Notes under the pieces: generated by a model
Databases searched by the model: none
The model's input: the letters and a program-made list of their open reading frames with translations, nothing else
What the model was told of the DNA's origin: nothing
DNA from: Bdellovibrionota bacterium
GTDB taxonomy: Bacteria > Bdellovibrionota_C > UBA2361 > CALJRW01
Direction of reading: 5' to 3'
Assembly (NCBI GenBank): GCA_041740355.1
Contig: JBGSMD010000006.1
Coordinates: 1 to 64,000 of the forward strand
Length of the DNA: 64,000 nt
Program-made: the position numbers and the translations under genes
In this document: one piece after another, positions 1 to 9,115 of the stretch
Layout: each line of letters opens with the position of its first letter
Numbering within the stretch: the first letter of the stretch is position 1

Positions 1-142
1 GTCCAAAAAATAAATTACGTAAGTAAATTACTTTTTGGAGCTATCTATCCCCCGGAGGGATAATAAAATTATATAGTTATGACAAAAAACAAGTAACTTT
101 ATTTTAACTATACGTAATTTATTTTTTGTCATAACTATATAA
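1..142. repeat. MITE-like inverted-repeat element, copy 1 (left end cut by window edge)
   Basis: Perfect 21-bp IR at 69-89/122-142 (core TATAGTTATGACAAAAA). Same sequence and layout as 61821-61966 and 14082-14154. Confidence 0.75.
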
Positions 143-190
143 ACTTGTCTTTGATTTACTATGAATTGAAAGTTTAAGTCCATTTAAATA

Positions 191-3100
191 TTAGTTTTTA
201 AAAAACTTTTGAAATTCAGTTTTAATCCACTCGGCTAAGAGATTAAGATCGTTGACATATTTGATGTTTGTTCGGATGCTGATAATCCCACTAGGTCTCA
301 ATTTATATTTCTTAGGTCTTGCTAAGCAGTGTGCTAAAACCTTTTCTGTATCTAGCCGGTGTTGTTCGGCAATCTTAAATAGCAGTAATTCGTTTTTGTA
401 GTTTAATTCCGAAATACCAATACTCTTTAGAAGATTTCGAAGTTTCATCATATCTAAGTAGTTTAAAACTTCGCGCGGAGGGTTACCGTAGCGATCTTCA
501 ATTTCCAGTTTCAAATTATCTAAATCTTGAATTGAATTTTGGCTAGCAATTCTTTGGTAGATCACAATTCTTTCGGTATGATCATGTAGATACCAATCAG
601 GAATATAAGCATCGAAAGTTAACTTAATTTCAGGCTCAATTAATTCTAAAGTCTCTTGACCCTGTAAATTGTAAATCGCTTCTTGGAGTAGCTTGGAATA
701 GAGTTCAAAGCCAATTAAGGTAATATTTCCAGATTGCTCTTTGCCAAGGAGATTGCCAGCACCCCTGATTTCTAAATCTCGCATTGCTAATTGAAAACCT
801 TGTCCCAAATCGTTAATACTTTCCATAGCTTTTAGGCGTTCGCTGGCATCGGCAGTAACTTTTTTAATATCAGGTACAAGCAGGTAGGTGAAAGCTTGTC
901 GGTTGCTTCGACCAACTCTTCCTCTTAATTGATATAGCTGTGATAGGCCAAATTTATCAGCCCGATCGATGATCATTGTATTAGCATTCGGCAGATCTAT
1001 TCCATTTTCAATGATCGTAGTAGTGATTAAAACATCGTACTCTTTATTGATAAAATCTTTCATGATTCTTTCTAATTGATGCTCTTTCATTTGGCCATGG
1101 GCAGCTACAAAACGGGCTGTTGGAACTAATTTTTTTAGCGTGGCGAGAGTTAAATCTAAATCTTTAATTTGATTATGTAAGAAATATACTTGTCCACCTC
1201 TTTGAATCTCTTTCCAGATAGCATCTTCGATTACCTCTTCTGAATAATTCATGAGGTAAGTTTTTACTGCTAAGCGCTCGGCAGGGGGGGAACTAATTGT
1301 ACTAATTTTACGCACACCAATTAGCGACATATAAAGTGTTCTGGGAATTGGCGTGGCGGACATAGAGAGAACATGCACGTTACTTTGCATTTGTTTAATC
1401 CGTTCTTTCTGCTTAACTCCGAATCGTTGCTCTTCGTCAATAATTAACAATCCTAGTCGCTTGAAGATATTGCGATTTTTCAAAAGCGCATGGGTGCCAA
1501 TAATTAAATCAACTTTGCCGGCAGTTAGCTCTGCTAACGTTTGTTGGTTTTGTTTGGTAGAATAAAATCTAGAAAGTGCTTCAACACGGATCGGGAAAGA
1601 CTTAAATCTTTCTCGAAAGTTATTAAGATGCTGGTCTACAAGTAGTGTTGTTGGTGCAAGTACGGCGACTTGCAAACCTTCGGAAGCAACTTTAAACGCA
1701 GCCCTTAAAGCTATCTCTGTTTTCCCAAAACCAACATCGCCGCAGATTAGCCTTTCCATTACTTGCCCAGAACTTAAATCGGCAATTGTTTCCTGGATTG
1801 CTTGTAGTTGATCTGGTGTTTCATTGTAAGGAAAATAGTCGGCAAATTCTTGATCTAGTGAACCCCAAGGTGGACATTCCATTCCTGGAGTATTCTCCCT
1901 AAGTGCATATAGTTTTAAAAGTTCACCGGCTAATTCTTGAATTGATTTGCGAACTTTACTTTTTAATGTTGGCCACTTGTTAGATCCTAGTTTATCAAGC
2001 TCGGGAACCTGTTCACTATTACTGACATATTTTTGTAATCGACCAATCTTTTGAACTGGAAGATAGAGAGTGCTATCAGCATATTTTAACTGCAGGAAGT
2101 CACCAGAGGCTTCTGCAATCTGCATTTTTTTAAGTCCTTGGTAAATCCCCCGACCATAATCTTCATGGATAATAAAATCACCAATTGTTAAAGTGGAAAG
2201 AGTATTAAGAATTGATTTTAAACTAGTTTTGTGTAGGTCTTGTTTTTGTCGACGAGAGACAACGGGGAAGAGATCACTTTCCGATATATAAATAATTTTA
2301 CTACTTAGTAATTTAAAACCATTAGTAATATTACCGGCGATCACCTCAATTTGCTTGCTTAACTTTGCCTCGAGTAAAGACTTAATCCTTGTTTGGCGAA
2401 TTTCAGACTGAGCCAGAATCTTGATCTGGTAACCTTGTTTTGTTAGATCGCTAAGCAGTGGATTTATTGGATGTTGATTGTGGGCATATGTTAAATTTTG
2501 CAGAGCAATGATTTCTTGATTACCTTGTGTTGGAATTATCTGTTTTATTGGATCGGCTTCAGCCTGATTAGTATCGGAGAAGATTTGAGCAGCGTTTTTA
2601 GTTCTAATTTTAAAGTACTCAAGATCTTCATAGCACATTTTCGGACTAGCGATTGCTTGCTTTAAGCTTAGTTTGTCATGACGTTTAATTAGTTGCCCGT
2701 AGAATTTTTGATAACTTGTTTCCAGATTTTCTGGGTCAATCAAGTAAAGTTGAATTTCAGGGTGTATTGACTGTGTCAAATCTAAAAATGTTTGCAGATT
2801 TTCTCCAAGCAGACTTGTAAAATTTTCAATACCAGGAAAATTAATTTGTTGCCCTGCGACTTGTCGTTCTATTTCTAATTTATATTTTATGGGAAGCTCG
2901 ACAGTCTTAATAGCTCGTAATATATCTTCTGGTGAAATGGAGTAGTCAACCTCGCGTACCGGAAGAATTGAAAGCGATTGTTTTTCTAGACCAGTTTTTA
3001 ATTCAGTTTGGGAGTCAAAAAAACTAATCTTAATTAAGTTCGAGTCTTCAAACTCTAAGCGCAAAGGTAAGGCTTCAGGGTTAGTAAAAATATCTAGAAC

Positions 3101-3568
3101 TTTTCCTTTGAAATTAAATTCTCCCACATGTTGAACGGAGTTATTTTGTTGGTAGCCAATTCTTGTTAACTTCTGAATGAGTTCAGCTTCCTGATAATGT
3201 TCCTTTAGAACCAAATTAAGAGAATTTTTAAGATAGTTTATAGGTTGAGGGATTTTTTGTAGTAAAGCGCGAATCGTAGTCACAATAGTACGCTCCTCCT
3301 GTCGGATTTGCAGTAATTCCTTAATCCTTTCAGCGGAAGTTTCGCGTCTTGGAGAGTTCGTCTCAAAAGGGAGAATCTCCCAGTTATTAAACAGTGTTAG
3401 TTTTTGACTATCCGAGAAAAACCCTAAATCTTGGTAAAGATTCTGAGCTTCCTGATTGGAATTAGTAACAATAATGTTTGTAGTAGAAAAATCAATAATC
3501 CTAGATAGTTGCCAAGCTTGTGCAGAGGAATTGCAGAGGCCTGAAAAGGATTTAATAGTTGATTTCAA
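191..3568 (-). CDS. mfd: Transcription-repair coupling factor
   Basis: 1125 aa; RNAP-interaction region (IIHEDYGRGIYQG), SF2 motifs GDVGFGKT, DEEQRFG, SATPIPRT, QLRGRVGR, TRG motif DLEIRGAGNLLG, C-terminal TRCF domain. Confidence 0.97.
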   Translation of the reverse strand: MKSTIKSFSGLCNSSAQAWQLSRIIDFSTTNIIVTNSNQEAQNLYQDLGFFSDSQKLTLFNNWEILPFETNSPRRETSAERIKELLQIRQEERTIVTTIRALLQKIPQPINYLKNSLNLVLKEHYQEAELIQKLTRIGYQQNNSVQHVGEFNFKGKVLDIFTNPEALPLRLEFEDSNLIKISFFDSQTELKTGLEKQSLSILPVREVDYSISPEDILRAIKTVELPIKYKLEIERQVAGQQINFPGIENFTSLLGENLQTFLDLTQSIHPEIQLYLIDPENLETSYQKFYGQLIKRHDKLSLKQAIASPKMCYEDLEYFKIRTKNAAQIFSDTNQAEADPIKQIIPTQGNQEIIALQNLTYAHNQHPINPLLSDLTKQGYQIKILAQSEIRQTRIKSLLEAKLSKQIEVIAGNITNGFKLLSSKIIYISESDLFPVVSRRQKQDLHKTSLKSILNTLSTLTIGDFIIHEDYGRGIYQGLKKMQIAEASGDFLQLKYADSTLYLPVQKIGRLQKYVSNSEQVPELDKLGSNKWPTLKSKVRKSIQELAGELLKLYALRENTPGMECPPWGSLDQEFADYFPYNETPDQLQAIQETIADLSSGQVMERLICGDVGFGKTEIALRAAFKVASEGLQVAVLAPTTLLVDQHLNNFRERFKSFPIRVEALSRFYSTKQNQQTLAELTAGKVDLIIGTHALLKNRNIFKRLGLLIIDEEQRFGVKQKERIKQMQSNVHVLSMSATPIPRTLYMSLIGVRKISTISSPPAERLAVKTYLMNYSEEVIEDAIWKEIQRGGQVYFLHNQIKDLDLTLATLKKLVPTARFVAAHGQMKEHQLERIMKDFINKEYDVLITTTIIENGIDLPNANTMIIDRADKFGLSQLYQLRGRVGRSNRQAFTYLLVPDIKKVTADASERLKAMESINDLGQGFQLAMRDLEIRGAGNLLGKEQSGNITLIGFELYSKLLQEAIYNLQGQETLELIEPEIKLTFDAYIPDWYLHDHTERIVIYQRIASQNSIQDLDNLKLEIEDRYGNPPREVLNYLDMMKLRNLLKSIGISELNYKNELLLFKIAEQHRLDTEKVLAHCLARPKKYKLRPSGIISIRTNIKYVNDLNLLAEWIKTEFQKFFKN

Positions 3569-3712
3569 TGTGAATCTACCTTAATTTTTACTATGGATTA
3601 AAGAATGTCCAATTACATACGATTAATACTAAGCGAGCATTTAATAGCTAATTGTTACTTTTTATACATTTTCTGCATCTTAATTGATAGAACAGTACAA
3701 TCTCTTGTTATA

Positions 3713-3945
3713 CTCACCGCTTTTCATTTTTGAAAAAATAACGAAAAGAAAGGTGATCGAGCAAAATCCTGTCGCCTTGTCCGCCGAAGCTTAAGCGAAG
3801 GTGGAAGACAGGTTTTGCCGTAGAAAACAATAACTAAACCCTACGCAGATAAGCGGTGAGAGGGTTGGTCTTGTCCTCTACGGCGTAACTTGGCTAACGA
3901 CAAGATTAAGATCGCCCTCCACAAACTTCATTTGCGGAAGGGTTA
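3713..3945. promoter_or_regulatory. Multi-hairpin structured intergenic element in the mfd/pilT divergent region (leader motif copy A, 3758-3842)
   Basis: 3813-3829 is the exact reverse complement of 41549-41565, and 3758-3766 of 41582-41590. Several stem-loops present. Confidence 0.55.
3776..3806 (+). repeat. 31-bp REP-like palindrome, copy 1
   Basis: CTTGTCCGCCGAAGCTTAAGCGAAGGTGGAA; 29/31 identical to the reverse complement of 63345-63375. Confidence 0.8.
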
Positions 3946-4012
3946 ACATGAATCTTGAAAAGGATTTAAGGTAACTCCTTCTAGGTTTTACTGCATTTAT
4001 CATTAACTAATA

Positions 4013-5062
4013 ATGGATATTACACAAATTTTAAAGTTTGCCTCACAACAGGATGCTTCCGACGTTCACATTTCGGCAGGAGAACCGCCAATGCTTAGGA
4101 TTCATGGTTCAATTAAGAAGTTAAAAGTTCCGGCGCTAACTGAATCTCAGACCCAAGAAATGATGTATGACATCATGAATGATGGACAAAGGAAAATTTT
4201 TGAAGAAACTAATGACGTAGATTTTGCAATCGAAGTTGGAGATGCATTGCGTTTGAGGGTCAATGTTTTTCGACAAAAAAGAGGCGTAGGTGGAGTCTTC
4301 CGAAAAATTCCTACAACGATATTAACAATGGAACAATTGGGATTACCAGACGCCTTGTATGATATTGCTAGAAAAGAGCGGGGATTGTTTTTAGTAACTG
4401 GACCAACTGGTTCTGGAAAATCGACTACCCTTGCTGCAATTATTGATAAAATGAATAAGGAACGTGATGGGCACATTTTAACTATCGAAGATCCAATTGA
4501 ATTCGTTCACCGTTCTCAAGGTTGTTTGATTAACCAACGAGAAGTGCATGCTCATACCAAGAGTTTCGCGGCGGCTTTGAAAGCTGCTCTTCGTGAAGAT
4601 CCTGATGTTATTCTAGTAGGTGAGATGCGTGATTTGGAGACTATTCAGTTAGCGCTTACTGCTGCCGAAACAGGGCACTTAGTGTTTGGAACACTACACA
4701 CTTCCAGTGCACCGAAAACAGTAGACCGAATTATTGACGTATTCCCACCAGCACAGCAAGAACAGATTCGGGCAATGTTTGCCGAATCCATTATCGGAAT
4801 TGTAACTCAGATTTTATGTAAGAAAAAAGGTGGCGGCCGGATAGCTGCGCAAGAGATTTTAATTGGAACTACGGCAGTAAAAAACTTAATTCGGGAAGGA
4901 AAAATTCACCAAATTCCTTCTACGATGCAGACTTCCCAAGGTATTGGGATGCAGACAATGGATATGGCATTAGCTAAGCTTTTAGAGAAGGGTTTAATTA
5001 CTAGAGAAACAGCAATTGAGAAAGCTCATAATGCTGAAATGTTTAAAGAAATGCCTGAATAA
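4013..5062 (+). CDS. pilT: Type IV pilus retraction ATPase PilT
   Basis: ASDVHI, Walker A GPTGSGKST, TIEDPIE, LREDPD/GEMRD, GHLVFGTLH, AVKNLIRE (AIRNLIRE-like). Confidence 0.95.
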   Translation: MDITQILKFASQQDASDVHISAGEPPMLRIHGSIKKLKVPALTESQTQEMMYDIMNDGQRKIFEETNDVDFAIEVGDALRLRVNVFRQKRGVGGVFRKIPTTILTMEQLGLPDALYDIARKERGLFLVTGPTGSGKSTTLAAIIDKMNKERDGHILTIEDPIEFVHRSQGCLINQREVHAHTKSFAAALKAALREDPDVILVGEMRDLETIQLALTAAETGHLVFGTLHTSSAPKTVDRIIDVFPPAQQEQIRAMFAESIIGIVTQILCKKKGGGRIAAQEILIGTTAVKNLIREGKIHQIPSTMQTSQGIGMQTMDMALAKLLEKGLITRETAIEKAHNAEMFKEMPE

Positions 5063-5090
5063 AAATTAATAGGAATCTAAGGATATTTAT

Positions 5091-6257
5091 ATGGACATGG
5101 TAAAATTGTTAGAGTTAATGAATCGATATGAATCATCGGATTTGTATCTAACGGATGGTTGTCCTCCAATGTATCGAGTTGATGGTGTCGTCCGTGCAGC
5201 AGGAAGTGTGCAACTAGAGGGGGAGAAAGTTAAAGAATTAATTTACAGCGTGATGAATGATAACCAGATTCGTGACTATGAGCGTGATCAGGAAGTTAAT
5301 TTAGCTCTACATTATCAACATATTGGGAGATTCCGTTTAAATGCTTTTATTCAACGTGGAACACAAGCAGCTGTAATCCGTAAAATTAAATCAGAGATCA
5401 TGTCGATTGATGATTTAGAACTTCCACCTGTTTTAAAAGAATTGGCTCTAAAAAAACGGGGACTAATTCTAATAGTTGGTGCAACCGGTTCTGGAAAATC
5501 AACTACCTTAGCAGCAATGGTTAAGTATCGTGCAGAAAACACAGCAGGTCATATAATTACAATTGAAGATCCTATTGAGTTTGTGCACGAACATAGTCTT
5601 TCCATCATCTCGCAACGTGAAGTCGGGATGGATACAGCTAGTTATAAAATTGCCTTGAAAAATGCTTTTCGCCAAGCGCCTGATGTTGTTCTACTTGGGG
5701 AGATTCGTGACAAAGAAACGATGGAAGCAACAATTACCTTTGCTGAAACGGGACATCTTTGTTTAGCTACACTGCACGGTAATAATGCCTATCAAGCAAT
5801 TGAAAGGATTATGAACTTTTTCCCTCCCGAACAACATCGACAAATTTACATGCAATTAGGTCTAAATTTAAGAGCAACGGTCAGTCAACGGTTAGTACCA
5901 TCCAGTAATGGTAAGCGAGTGGCGGCCCTGGAAATTATGACCGATAGCCCAAGAATTAAAGATTTAATCCACAAAGGCGAAATTACTGAAATTCGTGAAG
6001 CTATTGAGAAGAGTGGACAGTTTGGGATGAGCACTTTTGATCAATCGCTCTATGAGCTCTATCGTTCTACTAAGATTACACTTGATGATGCCTTAAAGAA
6101 TGCTGATAGTGCTAACAACTTACGACTTCGTGTCAAATTGGATGATCAAGGAGATTTTCAAAAGCAAAAAACAAATATTGATCAAATTAAACAGCGTAAA
6201 CGTAGTAAGACTTCTGGTTCCGGTGGAAGTGGAAGTTCGAAACTTGAATTGCAATAA
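5091..6257 (+). CDS. pilU: Type IV pilus retraction ATPase PilU
   Basis: SSDLYL, GATGSGKST, RQAPDV/GEIRD, GHLCLATLHGNN, NADSANNLRL; directly follows pilT. Confidence 0.92.
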   Translation: MDMVKLLELMNRYESSDLYLTDGCPPMYRVDGVVRAAGSVQLEGEKVKELIYSVMNDNQIRDYERDQEVNLALHYQHIGRFRLNAFIQRGTQAAVIRKIKSEIMSIDDLELPPVLKELALKKRGLILIVGATGSGKSTTLAAMVKYRAENTAGHIITIEDPIEFVHEHSLSIISQREVGMDTASYKIALKNAFRQAPDVVLLGEIRDKETMEATITFAETGHLCLATLHGNNAYQAIERIMNFFPPEQHRQIYMQLGLNLRATVSQRLVPSSNGKRVAALEIMTDSPRIKDLIHKGEITEIREAIEKSGQFGMSTFDQSLYELYRSTKITLDDALKNADSANNLRLRVKLDDQGDFQKQKTNIDQIKQRKRSKTSGSGGSGSSKLELQ

Positions 6258-6322
6258 AATACAATTCTCGCTTGGTACGATCTTTCCTTGATAAAATAGT
6301 AACTTAGCTTTATTCTTAAGCT

Positions 6323-7045
6323 GTGACTAAGTTAACTCAACAACAAGAAAAAATAACATCTTCAGGACCACTTCAAGTTTATAAAGAGCTATTAGTTAAT
6401 AACGGCTCATGGTTCAAATTTTTAGATTTGGAATTCTTTACTTTTCTATTTAGTAATCTGAGAGGATTGCCTGGTCTAGCCTTAAGATCAATATGTTATC
6501 CCCATCTTTTTGCAAAATGTGGAAGCAGGCTAGCGATTGGATCAGGGGGGACTTTGAGAGGAACCAATAGGATTAGTTTAGGTAAAAAGATTATTCTTGA
6601 CGATCAAGTTGTTCTCGATGCTAAAGGCTCGGAGTCCGCAATTCACCTGGAAGATTATGTTACTGTTGGACGAGGAACAATTATAGTTGCCAAGAATGCT
6701 CAGATCGAAATTGCGGAGGGAGTGAATATTAGTTCCAGTTGTCGAATCGCCTCAGAATCTAAAATTTCAATTGGCAAAAGTACCCTGATTGCTGCGTATG
6801 TATATATTGGACCTGGTAATCATGCCCTAGATGAAAATGGCCAAGTTTTAAACGATCAACCAATGGAAATTAAGGGTGGAGTTGAAATTGGCAATAATGT
6901 TTGGATTGGTACTCGCGCAACAATTATGGATGGGGTAAAAATAGGGGACGGTGCCGTGGTTGGAGCACACTCTTTAGTAAAAACCGATGTACCAGCAAAT
7001 TCTATTGCGGTGGGTACTCCGGCCAGAATAATTAGTCCAAAATGA
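6323..7045 (+). CDS. Left-handed beta-helix (hexapeptide repeat) O-acyltransferase
   Basis: Hexapeptide repeats; IGNNVWIG...GVKIGDGAVVGAHSLVKTDVP...GTPAR. Confidence 0.88.
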   Translation: MTKLTQQQEKITSSGPLQVYKELLVNNGSWFKFLDLEFFTFLFSNLRGLPGLALRSICYPHLFAKCGSRLAIGSGGTLRGTNRISLGKKIILDDQVVLDAKGSESAIHLEDYVTVGRGTIIVAKNAQIEIAEGVNISSSCRIASESKISIGKSTLIAAYVYIGPGNHALDENGQVLNDQPMEIKGGVEIGNNVWIGTRATIMDGVKIGDGAVVGAHSLVKTDVPANSIAVGTPARIISPK

Positions 7046-7350
7046 ATCAGCCAACAATCCTACAAAGTAATCCAATTTCATCTAGGTCGCTAGTAGATCC
7101 AGACTTACAAAAACTCGCTGATAAAATAGCTAATCTAAAGTTAAGTGCACCAGCAGTATTTTTTCTAGAGTCAATATTTCCTCTGCGCCAATCTGCTTAT
7201 ATTTGCACTGAATTTTGCGCTCCAATCGGCGGTTTGTTTTTTAAAAATAGTTTTGAACTTTTACAGAAATTACTCGTTAGTTCCGAGAATTATCAAGATT
7301 TTATTAGTGATTTGGAATTACAAGCATCAACTGAAGGAATCAAGAGCTGA
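7042..7350 (+). CDS. Small hypothetical protein, first gene of the GlmL-associated operon
   Basis: 102 aa; ATGA overlap upstream and TGATG overlap downstream. PAVFFLES..PL resembles small genes recalled from such operons (unverified). Confidence 0.7.
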   Translation: MNQPTILQSNPISSRSLVDPDLQKLADKIANLKLSAPAVFFLESIFPLRQSAYICTEFCAPIGGLFFKNSFELLQKLLVSSENYQDFISDLELQASTEGIKS

Positions 7351-8141
7351 TGCAAGGAATAGAGCATGCAACATGGATTATCTACTTACTAACATTCTTA
7401 CTGTTAGTCCCAGTGTTTTATTTTATTCGCAAAGCGGAAAAGTCAAAACTATTTGTTCGGAAGATTCCAGGTATTGAAGCGATAGAAGAAACAATTACCA
7501 AATCAGTAGAAGCTGGTCGTCCGATAAGTTTTACTTCAGGGCTTTGTGGTATTGGTCCAACGCTCTATGCTTGTTTGGGTGTTTTATTCTATATCGCAAA
7601 GCGGGCGGCAACTTTTAAAGCGAAATTATTAGTCCCACAAAACGATCCCGAGGTTTTGGCAATTACTGAGGATACTGTGCACCGAGCCTATCGTCTGGTT
7701 AAACGTGAAAGTTTTTTTGATCAAAAGAATATTCCTTTTCTCTCTACCGAACAGTTTGCTTTTGCAGCTGGTTATATCGGTTTGGTTCAAAGAGAAAATG
7801 TAGGTGGAGCATTTTTATTTGGGGAGTTTGCTGCTGAATCTTTGATTTTAGCAGAAGCGGGACAACAAATTGGTGCTCACCAAGTAGGTGCTACTGTTTC
7901 TCCTGAGCAGGTAGCTTTTTTTATTGTTACTTGTGATTACACTTTAATCGGTGAGGAAATCTTTGCGGCATCAGCCTATCTTAGCAATGATCCCATTCAA
8001 ATTGGCAGTTTATATGCGCAAGACTTTGCTAAATATCTGCTAGTGGCAATGATTCTAACTGGAGTAATTTTAGCGACCATTCAAAGTATAAACCCGGATT
8101 TAATTACTTTTGATTTTAAATCCTTCTGGAACTTATTGTGA
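7350..8141 (+). CDS. DUF6754-like membrane protein
   Basis: N- and C-terminal TM helices; RKIPGIEAIEE...GRP, EQFAFAAG, AESLILAEAG, DYTLIGEEIFAASAYL (family recognised from memory). Confidence 0.7.
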   Translation: MQGIEHATWIIYLLTFLLLVPVFYFIRKAEKSKLFVRKIPGIEAIEETITKSVEAGRPISFTSGLCGIGPTLYACLGVLFYIAKRAATFKAKLLVPQNDPEVLAITEDTVHRAYRLVKRESFFDQKNIPFLSTEQFAFAAGYIGLVQRENVGGAFLFGEFAAESLILAEAGQQIGAHQVGATVSPEQVAFFIVTCDYTLIGEEIFAASAYLSNDPIQIGSLYAQDFAKYLLVAMILTGVILATIQSINPDLITFDFKSFWNLL

Positions 8142-9115
8142 TCAATAAAAGACTGTTAATTAAAATATTTACTTTTCTTGGTGGAATTTATTTCTTCCTG
8201 GAATTTTATTTACCACAAAAGTTTTTGGGCATAGAATTAAGTAGTTATAACGATCAGTTTTCATTAAGCCTTCGAATTATTGGGGCAATGGCACTTGGAC
8301 TTGGTTTAATTAATATTCTAATGATTCATGTGCCGCGAGTCGTATTTTTGAAAAAAAATATGATTAACAGCCTTGGTTTGTTGTTAGGTTTGGTCTTAAT
8401 GTTAAGTATCTCAGTTCTTGATTGGTGGAAGCAGGGAGCCTATTTGAAACCAGCCAGTCATTATTCGATGTTATCCGAGTATGCCCTAAAAATTTCTACC
8501 TTACCTGAAACGGAACAGGAGCCGGCTTGGAAATTACTGTTTGATTCATATCATCAACAGGAAGCAAACTATGATCCTTTTGTAACTAAAACTGTTGCGG
8601 TTGAAAATCTTACTAGTGAGCTCATTGCACAACAGACAGCAATTGCTGAATTATATCATTTGCCGACTCACTCTGACGGGTATTTTCTGAAATTATCCGA
8701 AGCGCTAAATGTTTTTGCTGGCACTTATCGTCAAATCTTATCTCTTAAGTATCAAGAGTTTACTGTTTACAAATTAAATCAGCTACTCTTTGAGGGCCTC
8801 TTTGTAGCTTTAGGTTCGGCGATGTTTGCACTGCTTGGTTTTTATGTAGCTTCTGCTGCCTACCGGGCATTTAGAATTAGATCTTTTGAATCCGGCTTGA
8901 TGATGCTAGCGGCTATTATTGTAATGTTAGGACAGATTCCATTTGGAATATGGATTTGGGACGGTTTTCCGGCGTTAAGACTTTGGTTATTAGAAGTGCC
9001 TAACTCCGCTGCCTTTCGTGGAATTGCTTTAGGGGCAGGTGTCGCTAGCTTAATTATGGCGCTCCGAATGTGGTTGTCACTGGAAACAGATTATAGCTCG
9101 GAGGATCGTTCGTAA
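8138..9115 (+). CDS. Multi-pass membrane protein (GlmL-associated operon)
   Basis: About 6 hydrophobic segments; MFALLGFYVASAAYRAFRIRS and PNSAAFRGI..G motifs; GTGA overlap. Confidence 0.8.
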   Translation: MINKRLLIKIFTFLGGIYFFLEFYLPQKFLGIELSSYNDQFSLSLRIIGAMALGLGLINILMIHVPRVVFLKKNMINSLGLLLGLVLMLSISVLDWWKQGAYLKPASHYSMLSEYALKISTLPETEQEPAWKLLFDSYHQQEANYDPFVTKTVAVENLTSELIAQQTAIAELYHLPTHSDGYFLKLSEALNVFAGTYRQILSLKYQEFTVYKLNQLLFEGLFVALGSAMFALLGFYVASAAYRAFRIRSFESGLMMLAAIIVMLGQIPFGIWIWDGFPALRLWLLEVPNSAAFRGIALGAGVASLIMALRMWLSLETDYSSEDRS

